64,000 nt of DNA. Origin: Gemmatimonadota bacterium. GTDB lineage: Bacteria; Gemmatimonadota; Gemmatimonadetes; Gemmatimonadales; GWC2-71-9. The stretch is taken from contig JBDHAB010000009.1 of assembly GCA_039588295.1 (NCBI GenBank), positions 1 to 64,000 on the forward strand, in the 5' to 3' direction. Numbering within the stretch: position 1 is the first letter of the stretch; every line of letters begins with the position of its first letter. This document shows, in pieces, positions 46,741 to 57,094 of the stretch. Under the pieces are notes generated by a model. The model was not told the origin of the DNA, searched no databases, and saw only the letters and a list, made by a program, of their open reading frames with translations. The position numbers were made by a program, and so were the translations under genes.

Positions 46741-47733
46741 ATGCCAAAACGCCGTCTTCATCGCCGCGCGGTGCTCGGTGTGGCCCTGATCGGGCTCCTT
46801 GCCGGATGCACCGCACCGGAGCCGCCCGACGTGGTCTGGGTGACGGTTCCCAGCGCCCCCGTGGAAGCGGTGGCCGAGTCGCTGGCCGCGTATGAGATCG
46901 TCGGATCGGCGAAAGCATTCGCCCGGTTCGCACGGATGGGGCGCAAGCATCTTGGAATCAAGGAGGGGACCTACCCACTGACACCGGGCACACCCATGGG
47001 CGCAGTCCTCGTTGTCCTCCGCAAGGGCCGGCCTCTGGCGAGGCGCCTGGCCGTCTCGCCGGGAATCTGGCTTACCGAGCTTGCCGTGGAGGTCGAGCAG
47101 ACCCTCGGAATCCCGGCTGACCGTGTCCGGGCAGTTGCTGGTGATTCAGGTCTCCGATCTCGAGCGCGCACGCGCGGGGAGACCCTCGAGGGGTACCTGT
47201 ATCCGACCGTGTACTACGTGCCGGTCGGTGCGAGCGCGCACGACCTCGTGCGGCAGATGGTGGACACGTTTGAGGCGCGGTGGAGCCCCGACTGGGATGC
47301 TCGGCTGGACACGATGGGTCTCAGTCGAGATGAGCTGGTGACGCTCGCGTCGATCATCGAAGGAGAAGACCCGCACGATGCCGATCGGCTGCACGTTTCC
47401 TCGGTGTACCACAACCGACTCGCCGAGGGACAGAGACTCCAGGCCGATCCGACCGTTGTGTACGCACTCGGACAGCGCCGCCGGCTGCGATTCGCGGACT
47501 ATGGGACGAGGTCGGACTACAACACGTATCGCATCGGGGGCCTGCCGCCTACTCCGATCGGTCAACCCAGTGGTGCGAGCTTGGAGGCGGCGCTCTACCC
47601 GGCGGCAACCGAGTTCCGCTACTTCGTTGCCCGCCCGGACGGCCGGCATGTCTTCACGCGCTCCTACCGCGAACATCTCAGCGCCATCCGCGGGGCGCGG
47701 CGCCCGATGCCGTCTCAGAACTCATCGCGGTGA
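46741..47733 (+). CDS. mltG: Endolytic transglycosylase MltG
   Basis: LEGYLYP, LASIIEGE, NRL....LQADPTVVY, YNTY...GLPPTPI. Confidence 0.88.
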   Translation: MPKRRLHRRAVLGVALIGLLAGCTAPEPPDVVWVTVPSAPVEAVAESLAAYEIVGSAKAFARFARMGRKHLGIKEGTYPLTPGTPMGAVLVVLRKGRPLARRLAVSPGIWLTELAVEVEQTLGIPADRVRAVAGDSGLRSRARTRGETLEGYLYPTVYYVPVGASAHDLVRQMVDTFEARWSPDWDARLDTMGLSRDELVTLASIIEGEDPHDADRLHVSSVYHNRLAEGQRLQADPTVVYALGQRRRLRFADYGTRSDYNTYRIGGLPPTPIGQPSGASLEAALYPAATEFRYFVARPDGRHVFTRSYREHLSAIRGARRPMPSQNSSR

Positions 47734-48040
47734 TGGCACATTGCTCCAGGGCCCAACCCGCGGGAGACGAGGCCCCTGGGTGCCTCCGTCCCGCTTAGAG
47801 GTTGCATGAAGCCCCGCGGCTCAAGTGGCGGTCGTTCAGGTGGTTAGTGATCACCGACGGTGTTCGCAGCCGAAGAAACACCGTCAACCGCACCGGTGCG
47901 GTTGTGACGTAGATCATCGTTGCGGGCGGCTCCCGACCCCAGGGTAGGTGCATCCCAAGCAGGTATGACGAGCGCCGTGAGCGGACTGCGTCCGTTCCGG
48001 CATTTGTGTTGTTTCCGTGATCCAACGAGGAGTGGACTCT

Positions 48041-49303
48041 ATGCAACTCGTCCAGGCCTTTGTTCCAGAGGAGTGGCGCGGAGCCGTCGACGCACTCTCC
48101 GTTCCGGTGTCCTGGATTCCAGGCTGGCACGCCGCGATGGTGAACTTCACCTGGTATGGCGATTCGACACTCGAAGTCCTGTTCAAACGGGTCGTCGTGC
48201 TCATGCCGATGTTCTTGTTACTGATCGGGGTGTGGGTCACCATGGTATCGCTCTATACGATTCCGTTCCGGTCCAATCGCGGTCGATTCGCCACGGCCAT
48301 GCTCACCTCTTGGTGGGATGCCGGGCGTACCGCATGGTTCTACTGGGCGGGACTCGTGCGACTCATGATCGTGCTGGTCGGGTGGGCGTGGGGATTGCTG
48401 CGACTGGTCCTGAGCTTCGGTGTCGCGGCAGTCAAAGGCGCCTTCCAGTCGCCGCTGCGGCTCCTGGATTGGACGTCGCGTAACTACTTCAAACCGGGCG
48501 TTCCCTGGCTCGCGTTTCTCGCCCTGCTTCTCTGGTCGGCGGTGGAAGCGCTCGTGTTCATGTACACGCTGCAACCGACGCTGACCGAAGTGTTGGCGGG
48601 GATTACCGGGTTTGAGCCTGACCCCAGGTTGCTGGCCCCGCTCCTGTGGATCTTCTTGTTCTTCCTGGTGCTCGGGAGTTTTGCGTGTATCCATGCGCTC
48701 GCCGCGGCGGTCCGCGCGAAGGACATCCCCCAGATCATCCAGATGTCCGCGGTCGAGCTGTTTGTGATGTTCTTTGAGGTCATCTTCCTGTACCGCGAGC
48801 TGATCGACGCGATCACGCCGTGGATTGCGCAGACGACGAGCGAGCAGGTGCGACTCGGGTTGTTCTCGACGCTCGCCCTCGCCTCGTTCGGATGGGTGGG
48901 CGTCCGCGGGATGACCTGGTTCCTGTTCGGACGGTACGGAACGCCTGCTCTTGTTGCAGTCCTGGCTCGCGAAACCATCAGACAAGAGACGGCAACGGCT
49001 CAGGTGTTGACACCGCAACCGGATCTGTGGAAGGCTCCCATCGCGGCGCTGAAGGCGGAGACCGAGTGGTTCCAACGCGAGGCACGCAGAGTGTTCGAGC
49101 TCGTGTCGCTGCCCGTGTTACAACTCTTCGCCGCCGCCGTCAACTTCGCGGTCGTTGCAATTGGATCGCGTCCGATGTTTACGCTTCCGTTCAGGAGTCT
49201 TGACGAAGTATTGGCGAGGACCCCCAAGCTCTCTGGTGGGAAGAACGCCGTCTCCGTGCGTCAACCGCGCTCCGAACCGGCGCCAGAGTTGGGAGGCATG
49301 TGA
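48041..49303 (+). CDS. Polytopic membrane protein, unknown function
   Basis: RBS GAGGAG; about eight hydrophobic segments; coupled to the next gene by a TGATG overlap. Confidence 0.8.
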   Translation: MQLVQAFVPEEWRGAVDALSVPVSWIPGWHAAMVNFTWYGDSTLEVLFKRVVVLMPMFLLLIGVWVTMVSLYTIPFRSNRGRFATAMLTSWWDAGRTAWFYWAGLVRLMIVLVGWAWGLLRLVLSFGVAAVKGAFQSPLRLLDWTSRNYFKPGVPWLAFLALLLWSAVEALVFMYTLQPTLTEVLAGITGFEPDPRLLAPLLWIFLFFLVLGSFACIHALAAAVRAKDIPQIIQMSAVELFVMFFEVIFLYRELIDAITPWIAQTTSEQVRLGLFSTLALASFGWVGVRGMTWFLFGRYGTPALVAVLARETIRQETATAQVLTPQPDLWKAPIAALKAETEWFQREARRVFELVSLPVLQLFAAAVNFAVVAIGSRPMFTLPFRSLDEVLARTPKLSGGKNAVSVRQPRSEPAPELGGM

Positions 49304-50058
49304 TGCGGCCGATGAACCTCGCACTGCTGATGGGCCTCGTCGTCTGCGCCTCCTGCGCCCCGGCCGACGGCGCGCGGCAGGCCCGTTCGACATTGGTAAT
49401 CGGAATCGACGTGAGCGGCTCGTTTCGTGCCACGGGCAACTACGACGACGCGATCGACTTCGCCGCCCATTATCTGTATGGCCACTTGAACGGAATGGGT
49501 GAGTTGCGGGTGCCGTCGGCCGTCTTTGTCGGTTCCGTGGGTGGAGCGCGGGTTGGCGAGCCGAAGTCGTTCCAGCCGATTCACGCGTTTCAGGGGAAGG
49601 GCGTGGACGAAATCCGGGCGCAGCTCCGGGACTATTTCCCGCCCGAGGATGCGTTCACCGACTTCAACGCCTTCTTTGACCGCGTAGCGACCCTGGTCAA
49701 GCGTCAGCGACTCGTGCTCGCGCCGCTCGATGTCGTAATTCTCAGCGACGGGATTCCCGACCACACCGGCCGAAGCTCCACGGAGACAACCAGCGCGTAC
49801 GCCAAGATCGACTTGGAGGTGCTGGAGTTTCTCTCGCGCAGCGTGACGGTCCGTCTGCTGTATGGTTCGCCCACCGCGTCCGTGGCGTGGGAGCGAGACG
49901 TCGAGCGGCAGCGAGTGCGCATGTGGACCGTGGACGAACAGGTCATGGACGGCTGGAAGGAGCAGGCCGCCCCGGGATTGGAGACCGCCGAGCACCACGA
50001 GCTGTGGTCCTGGATTCGCGACAACGTGGACTTCCGGGTACGGAGCCGACGACTCTGA
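49303..50058 (+). CDS. VWA-like (MIDAS) exported protein/lipoprotein
   Basis: Signal with Cys; IGIDVSGS (DxSxS), TDF, VILSDG. Confidence 0.75.
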   Translation: MRPMNLALLMGLVVCASCAPADGARQARSTLVIGIDVSGSFRATGNYDDAIDFAAHYLYGHLNGMGELRVPSAVFVGSVGGARVGEPKSFQPIHAFQGKGVDEIRAQLRDYFPPEDAFTDFNAFFDRVATLVKRQRLVLAPLDVVILSDGIPDHTGRSSTETTSAYAKIDLEVLEFLSRSVTVRLLYGSPTASVAWERDVERQRVRMWTVDEQVMDGWKEQAAPGLETAEHHELWSWIRDNVDFRVRSRRL

Positions 50059-50092
50059 GTCTCGACGCCGGCCAACCGTGTGAGGCGCCTGC

Positions 50093-50419
50093 GTGAAACG
50101 CATCATCAGGTGGCTGATTCTGATTGCGTTCTTCGGCATCGTGGCAGGGACCGGCTCGTACGCCGGCGCACGGTTCACTGCCGGGAAGTTGCTGGGTCCT
50201 CGGCCACCGGTCGAAGGGCGAACCAGTACGTTTGCGTACCGGGGTGTCGATAACCTGCGCGGGAACCCGCGTGCGTGGGTCTTCACGTATTCCCGAGTCC
50301 GGCTCCCGGGAGTCTCCCGCGCGCAGATTGTCGTCTCGCCCACCGGGAAGCTGTTGGCGAGTCTCCCTCCGGATCTCGAGGAGCGAATCGCAGCGTACCG
50401 ACGCTCGCTCGAGCCGTAA
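50093..50419 (+). CDS. Small membrane-anchored protein
   Basis: N-terminal hydrophobic helix; last gene before a hairpin. Confidence 0.7.
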   Translation: MKRIIRWLILIAFFGIVAGTGSYAGARFTAGKLLGPRPPVEGRTSTFAYRGVDNLRGNPRAWVFTYSRVRLPGVSRAQIVVSPTGKLLASLPPDLEERIAAYRRSLEP

Positions 50420-50441
50420 TCGACCGGAGCCCCAAACGAGC

Positions 50442-50479
50442 AAGGCCCCGCAGCCCGGGTGACCGGGCCGCGGGGCCTT
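50442..50479. terminator. Hairpin between convergent genes (probable terminator)
   Basis: AAGGCCCCGCAGCCCGG...CCGGGCCGCGGGGCCTT. Confidence 0.7.
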
Positions 50480-50544
50480 CGTTCTGAGCGGTCCGTATGG
50501 TGGCGGGGCGGGTGAGAGTCGTTCCGCCGCCGCACGACCCTCGA

Positions 50545-51405
50545 TCAGCTTCCTGAGGGCGGGCCGCTGTTGACCCGCAGCTCCTTGACTCGTATCTCGA
50601 CGGTCATCTCGCCGCCTTCGCTGGCCATCATCTGTTCCATCGCCTCGATCTGCTTGGCCACCATCTGTTCCATCATCTTGCGCTGCGCCTCAGGCATCTG
50701 CTCCATTTGGCGCTTCATCTCAGCCATCTGCTCGCGTATCTCCGCCCGTTTCGCATCGTCCATTCCAGCTGCTTCGTCCCAGCCCTTCACCCTGGTCGTG
50801 ATGAGAAACGGGTGAAGCATACCATCCACCTCACGGTAATCCGTGAAATCCGACGTGCTCGCAACCGCGTGGGTCTTGCCCTCCGAGGTCAGCTCGCCCT
50901 CGATCACGAGTCGCTGTACGACCATGTCATCGGTGTCGACGAAAAACGTGCCGGTCTGCGGACGAAAATCGTCGTCCTCCTCGGTCGCTTGCGCGCCAAA
51001 ATCGATTTCGTCCAAGTTCGATACCGTGATGACGTGCACTTCGGTGCCATTGACTTGATCTCGGCCATTATACCGGGCGTGTTCCACCATTTGCGGAACC
51101 AGCGAGTAGAACTCCTCCCAGTCGCCTTCGTCGCTTTCCGTTGCCGGCATCGCCATGCCGCCCACAACGGTGCTTCGCAGGTGAAAGACCGGGCGCCCGT
51201 TCGTCATCTCCTTCTCGAAGTACATGACGGTCTCGGTTCCCATGACCTCCTGAACCACTGTGTAGTTCTGCACGCCCGCTGTGCGGCTCTGGTATGCCTC
51301 GAGCATGCGATTGATAACGTCCGCGGCAGACTGCGCCCGTGCGCTGGATGCGAGGACGAGCGCGAATGTGAGCGATGAAGTAACAACACGGGCAACCTTA
51401 CGCAT
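50545..51405 (-). CDS. Secreted protein, LolA-like/unknown, with Met/Glu-rich coiled tail
   Basis: RBS GGAGG; signal peptide ARA-Q; FTDYREVDGMLHPF. Confidence 0.7.
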   Translation of the reverse strand: MRKVARVVTSSLTFALVLASSARAQSAADVINRMLEAYQSRTAGVQNYTVVQEVMGTETVMYFEKEMTNGRPVFHLRSTVVGGMAMPATESDEGDWEEFYSLVPQMVEHARYNGRDQVNGTEVHVITVSNLDEIDFGAQATEEDDDFRPQTGTFFVDTDDMVVQRLVIEGELTSEGKTHAVASTSDFTDYREVDGMLHPFLITTRVKGWDEAAGMDDAKRAEIREQMAEMKRQMEQMPEAQRKMMEQMVAKQIEAMEQMMASEGGEMTVEIRVKELRVNSGPPSGS

Positions 51406-51594
51406 GAACCCTCCTATAGTGCCATGGGATGACGAAGAGCGAATCATAGCGACGGTGCGGGCGAAGGACCAGGACGGAGGCCTACGGGATCCCGGGAGTG
51501 TCGATCGGTACGGCCGCCGGAGGTGGCGCCGCCTGACCACGTTTCCCTCATTGCTCTCACGTCACCACCTCGCTCTGGAAATACCGGCCGGGTT

Positions 51595-53619
51595 CTACCG
51601 CCCGCTGTCCTCCGACACCGGGCGCTCACCCCGGCTGTGCTTCTCGAACCAGCCGCGGAGATAGAGTTGTGTCCGCAGGAAGTTCGATGGTTTCCTGGAC
51701 GTTCCGTGCCATTCGTCTTTGAAGCGCACCATGGCAGTGGGAACTTTCCGGTAGCGCAGCGCCTGGTAGTACTCCTCGGTTTGCGGCATCGGAGTCCGGA
51801 GATCGTTCTCGCCCGTCATCAGCATGGTCGGAGTCGTCACGTTGCCCACGTACATGATCGGTGAACGGCGCAAGTGTTCCGACGGGTCTTCCCAGGGGAG
51901 TTGGTCGAAGTTGCGATACCAGCTCGCGCCGTCGGTCGTGCCGACGAACGACATCCAGTTTGTGACTGGACAGTTGGCGGACGCAGCGGCAAATCGGTCC
52001 GTATGGCCCACGATCCACGAGGTCAGCACCCCGCCGCCGGAGCATCCGTACACGAAGAGGTTATCGGGATCGACGTAGCCACGGGTGATCACGGTGTCGA
52101 CACCAGTCATCAGGTCGTCGAAGTCCCTACCGGGATACGCACGCTTGATCTCGTTGCCAAACGCACTGCCATATCCTGAGCTGCCGCGCGGGTTGATGTA
52201 CAGCACGACGTAGCCGTTCGCCGCATGTTCCTGCCAGGCGAAATTGAAACCCACGCCGTACATCCCGTGTGGTCCCCCGTGAATCGACAGCATCATGGGG
52301 TAGTCCGTGGAGGCATCGAAATCAGGTGGCTTGACGACCCAGGCCTGAATCCGCAGTCCGTCAACCGAGGGGTACCAGATCTCCTCCACCTCGCCGAGTC
52401 GTCTTCCCAGAAGAACGTCGGCGTTGACATCGGTCAATTGACGGAACTCCGGCCGGCGGAGGTCAAACGCCACGACGTCTCCCGGCTCGTGTGGGCTCGT
52501 GAGCGTGCCGACCGCCATACGACCATCGGTCATGCTGGTCATTCGCACGCGATGATTGCCTCGGGTCACCTGCCGCACGCCACCCTGTACGGATGCGAAG
52601 TACACGTTGGTCGTTCCCGCATCGTTCGCCGAGAAGTAGACACCGCTGTTGTCGGGAGCCCACCGCATGCCAGAGGGTTGGCGATCGAAGTCACCGGAGA
52701 TCATCCGCGAGCCGGAGCCGTCGACGTTCATGACGTAGATCTTGTTCGTGATGTAGGTGTCATCAGTCCAGTCGTATCCGGTGTAGGCCACGAATCGCCC
52801 GTCGGGTGAGGCCTCAGGGTTCCCGTCTGGTCCACGGCGGTCGGTCAAATCGCGGATCGCGCCGGTCGCGACGTTGACCGCATAGATCTCTGACTCGCGC
52901 CACTCATGCTCCGCATCCTCGGTGCGCAGGCCCGAGAACAGGATCTCTTGGCCGTTCGGCGTCCAGGACGGTGACCCGTGGTTCCAGTCGCCGTCGGTCA
53001 GCTGTCGTGGCGTTCCGCCGGTCGCGGGGACCACGAAGATGTGGTTGTAGCCATCGTCGATGTAGCCGACACGATCGCGCCGATAGCGCAGGCGGGTGAC
53101 GACCTTTGGCTCGGCGGTCCACTTGGCGCCTTCGGGGCGGGCGGGGAGCTTGACGCGCCAGGTGTCCCGCTCCGGCACGCTCATCGAGAACGCCAGGGAG
53201 TTGCCGTCGGGCGCCCAGCGAATCGATCGCGGCGACTTATCGACATGCGTGATCTGTGAGGTCGCACCCTCCGCATCCATCCAACGGACGAAGATCTGAT
53301 TCCCCTTCGGGTCTCCGCTTCGTGTGAAAGCGATTCGCGTACCGTCCGGAGACCAGCGGGCCGACGAGCCGTTGGTCAGGTATCGGTTCCGGCTGCCGTC
53401 GAGGTTCATGATCCAGAGGTCGGAGTCCCATCGGTCGTTGACCTTGTCGATCCGGCTCCGCGTGTAGATGATCTGGCGACCGTCGGGCGAGATCTGCGGG
53501 TCGCTGACACGCTCCCAGTCGAGGAAGGTCGAGAGCTCCAGTGTGTTGGACTGCTGTGCCGTAACGGGGCCGACGGTGAGCACCGTCAGCGCGACGAGCA
53601 CCGATGTGTGGCGGACCAT
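51595..53619 (-). CDS. S9C family peptidase (acylaminoacyl peptidase-like) with beta-propeller
   Basis: IHGGPH, GCSGGG nucleophile elbow, GENDLRTP, EWHG; PD40-like repeats. Confidence 0.92.
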   Translation of the reverse strand: MVRHTSVLVALTVLTVGPVTAQQSNTLELSTFLDWERVSDPQISPDGRQIIYTRSRIDKVNDRWDSDLWIMNLDGSRNRYLTNGSSARWSPDGTRIAFTRSGDPKGNQIFVRWMDAEGATSQITHVDKSPRSIRWAPDGNSLAFSMSVPERDTWRVKLPARPEGAKWTAEPKVVTRLRYRRDRVGYIDDGYNHIFVVPATGGTPRQLTDGDWNHGSPSWTPNGQEILFSGLRTEDAEHEWRESEIYAVNVATGAIRDLTDRRGPDGNPEASPDGRFVAYTGYDWTDDTYITNKIYVMNVDGSGSRMISGDFDRQPSGMRWAPDNSGVYFSANDAGTTNVYFASVQGGVRQVTRGNHRVRMTSMTDGRMAVGTLTSPHEPGDVVAFDLRRPEFRQLTDVNADVLLGRRLGEVEEIWYPSVDGLRIQAWVVKPPDFDASTDYPMMLSIHGGPHGMYGVGFNFAWQEHAANGYVVLYINPRGSSGYGSAFGNEIKRAYPGRDFDDLMTGVDTVITRGYVDPDNLFVYGCSGGGVLTSWIVGHTDRFAAASANCPVTNWMSFVGTTDGASWYRNFDQLPWEDPSEHLRRSPIMYVGNVTTPTMLMTGENDLRTPMPQTEEYYQALRYRKVPTAMVRFKDEWHGTSRKPSNFLRTQLYLRGWFEKHSRGERPVSEDSGR

Positions 53620-53887
53620 GGCTGCCTCCGGGTGTTCGCACTCGTGCGGTTCGTCCAACAAGATGGCGGGAGGCCCCCACCAGGGCCAGCGGGACACTGT
53701 GGGCTCCGAAGCGACTCATCGTGGACCTGTTCTACCCACGCCGTCGTGGGGCTGTCAGTGACGCGAGTCATGGGGTATCATTAATCCCTACTAAACAGAT
53801 CCCCTATTGCCGGGTCCCGATACGCGCGGGCGGGACCCCCGAAGGCTTCTGGCCCACAGCGGCTGTCCGCGTACAAGGAGCAGAGCT

Positions 53888-54520
53888 ATGGCTATCCGAT
53901 TGGGCGACAGCGCCCCCGACTTCACGGCCGAAACCACCGACGGAACGATCAACTTCCATGAGTGGAAGGGAGGCAGCTGGGCCGTGCTGTTCTCGCACCC
54001 GAAGGATTTCACCCCTGTCTGCACGACGGAACTGGGCAGGGTTGCCGGGCTCAAGCGTGAATTCGAGAAACGGAACACGAAGGTGATCGGTCTGAGCGTC
54101 GATCCGCTGGACAGCCACAGGGGCTGGGTGCAGGACATCGAGGATGTCACCGGCAACGCGCTGAACTTCCCGCTCATCGCGGATCACGATCGCAAGATCT
54201 CCGATCTGTATGACATGATCCACCCGAACGCGGACAACACGCAGACCGTCCGATCGGTGTTCGTCGTCGGTCCCGACAATAAGGTGAAGCTGTCGCTCAC
54301 CTACCCGGCGAGCACCGGCCGAAACTTCGATGAGCTGTTACGGACCATCGACTCGCTGCAGCTCACCGCCAACCACGCCGTGGCCACACCGGCGGACTGG
54401 AAAGACGGTGAGGACGTGATCATCGGCACGGGTGTCACCGACGAAGAGGCTCACAAGAAGTTTCCTGGCTTCGAGGCGAAGAAGCCGTACCTGCGAGTCA
54501 TCAAACAACCGAAGAACTAA
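53888..54520 (+). CDS. 1-Cys peroxiredoxin (Prx6)
   Basis: FSHPKDFTPVCTTE, YPASTGRNFDE, TPADW. Confidence 0.95.
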   Translation: MAIRLGDSAPDFTAETTDGTINFHEWKGGSWAVLFSHPKDFTPVCTTELGRVAGLKREFEKRNTKVIGLSVDPLDSHRGWVQDIEDVTGNALNFPLIADHDRKISDLYDMIHPNADNTQTVRSVFVVGPDNKVKLSLTYPASTGRNFDELLRTIDSLQLTANHAVATPADWKDGEDVIIGTGVTDEEAHKKFPGFEAKKPYLRVIKQPKN

Positions 54521-54545
54521 GCAGGCGAGAGCTTGGTCTGGAGCG

Positions 54546-54569
54546 ACGGGGAGCGGGCACGCTCCCCGT
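54546..54569 (+). terminator. Hairpin after the peroxiredoxin gene
   Basis: ACGGGGAGCG-ggca-CGCTCCCCGT. Confidence 0.6.
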
Positions 54570-54640
54570 TCTCCATTCCCGTTACAACAAACATGTACAT
54601 TGCTTCCGAATGGGAGAGTTCCTTGGAGGGCTAGGAAACG

Positions 54641-55807
54641 ATGTCCAACACTTCCAGCGCACCAGAAGTATCGAGCGTGCGGCTCGCGCGTGCGCTCGAA
54701 TTGGGCGAGCCGGTGCAGCTGGTCGACGTTCGGGCTCCGGCTCGCGTGGCGACGGGCCGCATCGATCTCGTGCCCGACGAACACTTCCATAACATCGTGG
54801 GATCTCAGCTCGTGAAGACTGCGAGCCTGGACGGGACCGGCATCGATCCAGCCGTGCCGGTCACGGTGGTCTGCGGGCACGGAAACGATAGCAAGGTGCT
54901 CGCGGTCCACTTGAATCGTCTCGGGTGTCAGGCCAGCTCACTCGCCGGTGGAATGACCGCCTGGATGATGCTGGCTCTTGCGCGGGACCTGGACACGCCT
55001 GCATCCCTCGATCGGCTGATCCAGTTCGATCGCATCGGGAAGGGCGCGTTGGGCTACCTGCTCATCAGCGAAGGTGAGGCGCTGATCGTGGATCCGCCGC
55101 GTGACGTTGTGGCATACCTGCAGGCGGCACGGGATGCGAGTGCCAAGGTGGTCGGGGTTGCCGACACGCACGTGCACGCGGACTACATCAGTGGGGCGCC
55201 CACACTCAGTCGGGCGCTCGGCGTGCCGTATTGTCTGCACCCGGCCGACGCGGTGTATCCCTATGACGGCACCCCGGGGCAGCTCCAGTTTCACGCGCTC
55301 GAGGAGGGCGGCACGATCCAATTCGGCCGCTGCACCGTGCGCGCCATGCACACGCCGGGACACACCGAGGGAAGTCTCACGTACCTGATTGACGATGCGG
55401 TCGCGCTGACCGGCGATTTCATCTTCGTAAGCTCGGTGGGGCGTCCCGACCTGGCCGGCAAGGCGAGCGAGTGGACGGCTGACCTGTGGGACAGTCTCGA
55501 GCGTGCCAAACGCGAGTGGTCACCCGAGGTGATGGTCTATCCCGCGCACTACGGATCGGACGCCGAGCGCCGCGCCAATCGCGCGGTGGGAGAGCGGTTC
55601 GAACGGCTGCCCGAGGCGAATGCGGTAATGCGCTTCACCGACCGTGACGCGTTTACGGCGTGGGTCGAGAACCAGACCGCGTCGTTCCCCGAGGCGTACC
55701 GCAAGATCAAGGCGGTGAACGTGGGCTTGCTACCGGTCGACGAGCGCGAGGCAGATGAGCTCGAGGTCGGGAAGAACGAGTGTGCGCTGGGGGGAGCGGT
55801 AGCATGA
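54641..55807 (+). CDS. Rhodanese plus MBL-fold persulfide dioxygenase-like fusion
   Basis: LVDVR, VVCGHG, LAGGM (rhodanese); THVHAD, HTPGHT, TGD, GRPDL, PAH (MBL). Confidence 0.85.
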   Translation: MSNTSSAPEVSSVRLARALELGEPVQLVDVRAPARVATGRIDLVPDEHFHNIVGSQLVKTASLDGTGIDPAVPVTVVCGHGNDSKVLAVHLNRLGCQASSLAGGMTAWMMLALARDLDTPASLDRLIQFDRIGKGALGYLLISEGEALIVDPPRDVVAYLQAARDASAKVVGVADTHVHADYISGAPTLSRALGVPYCLHPADAVYPYDGTPGQLQFHALEEGGTIQFGRCTVRAMHTPGHTEGSLTYLIDDAVALTGDFIFVSSVGRPDLAGKASEWTADLWDSLERAKREWSPEVMVYPAHYGSDAERRANRAVGERFERLPEANAVMRFTDRDAFTAWVENQTASFPEAYRKIKAVNVGLLPVDEREADELEVGKNECALGGAVA

Positions 55808-56949
55808 CACGCACGCTCATCCTCGGCGGCGGCTTCGGTGGCATCACAGTCGCCACGGAGCTTCGGCGTCACCTCGGTGACGATCACGAGATCGTACTCG
55901 TGGATCGCCGCGAGCAGTTTGCCATGGGGCTCCGCAAGCTGTGGGCACTCGTCGGGATCGGGAGCTACGAGGAGGGCTCTCGTCCCCGCCAGCGCCTGAG
56001 TCAACATGGCGTCCGATTCCTTCACCGCCAGGTCACCAACATCGATCCCGTGAAACGCCGGGTCGCAACCGATCGGGAGACGCTCGAGGGGGACTACCTC
56101 GTCGTCGCACTCGGTGCAGAACCGCGGCCCGATTTGGTGCCTGGGCTCGCTGAGCACGCGTACAACGCGTGGGACGAGGGAGCAGTCCCGGGGTTGGCGA
56201 CCGCGATCGGACGTTTCACCGGGGGCCGCATTGCGATCGTGATCGCCGGCGTGCCCTACACGTGCCCGCCCGCGCCGTTCGAATGCTCGATGCTGCTGGA
56301 CGATCATCTGCGGGAGCGTGGGTTGCGCGATCGAACCGAGATCACGGTGGCGACTCTGCAACCGATGCTGTTGCCCAATGCGGGCAAGGAAGGCTCGGCC
56401 TGGCTCGCGGACCAACTCGGGGCGCGCGGGATCGAGTTCCACGTGAAGCGGAGGGTCGAGCGCGTGGAGCCGGGACACATCGTGTTTACGGATGGTGACC
56501 TCGAGAGCGATGTCGTTATCGGCGTGCCGCCGCACCGGGTGCCGGCGGTGGTCACGGCGAGCGGTCTGACCGGGGACGGGGAGTGGATTGCGGTCGATCC
56601 CGCGACCCTAGAGACCGACCATGAGAACGTGTTCGCGGTCGGCGACGTCACACAGATCAAGCTGGCGAACGGACTCCCGCTCCCTAAGGCGGGTGTCATG
56701 GCGGAGCTTGAAGGCCAGCGTGTGGCGGCGGCGATCGCGGCGGACGTGCGTGGCGAGGCGTCGCCCCGGGCGTTCGACGGCCGGGGCTATTGCTTCATTG
56801 AAATGGGAAAGACGAAGGCGACGCTCGTCGAAGGTGACTTCTTTGCCACGCCCGAACCCCGGATCGCGCTCAAGGACGTCTCTGCCGAGTACGCGGCACA
56901 AAAACGCCAGTTCGAAGCGGAGCGCTTGGCACGCTGGTTCGGGAAGTAA
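55804..56949 (+). CDS. Sulfide:quinone oxidoreductase-like FAD flavoprotein
   Basis: GGGFGG, CPPAPFE, FAVGD, LPKAG, GYCFIE. Confidence 0.85.
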   Translation: MTRTLILGGGFGGITVATELRRHLGDDHEIVLVDRREQFAMGLRKLWALVGIGSYEEGSRPRQRLSQHGVRFLHRQVTNIDPVKRRVATDRETLEGDYLVVALGAEPRPDLVPGLAEHAYNAWDEGAVPGLATAIGRFTGGRIAIVIAGVPYTCPPAPFECSMLLDDHLRERGLRDRTEITVATLQPMLLPNAGKEGSAWLADQLGARGIEFHVKRRVERVEPGHIVFTDGDLESDVVIGVPPHRVPAVVTASGLTGDGEWIAVDPATLETDHENVFAVGDVTQIKLANGLPLPKAGVMAELEGQRVAAAIAADVRGEASPRAFDGRGYCFIEMGKTKATLVEGDFFATPEPRIALKDVSAEYAAQKRQFEAERLARWFGK

Positions 56950-57094
56950 CCGGGAGCGGCACTCGCGTTGCAGGCCGGAGGGCGGCGTCGTAGCAGCGCG
57001 CTCACGGCGACACGGAGGGCTCCGCGGTAGATTCCCTCATCCTTGTCGATCCGCCGATCCGCCGCGCCAACCACGGAATCACATCGCCCGAGCC

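Noticed and set aside
47850..47910. Fluoride riboswitch (GACGGTGTTCGC resembles GATGGTGTTCGC)
   Set aside because: Flanking pairing and the 3' conserved segment are missing, and the downstream gene is not fluoride related
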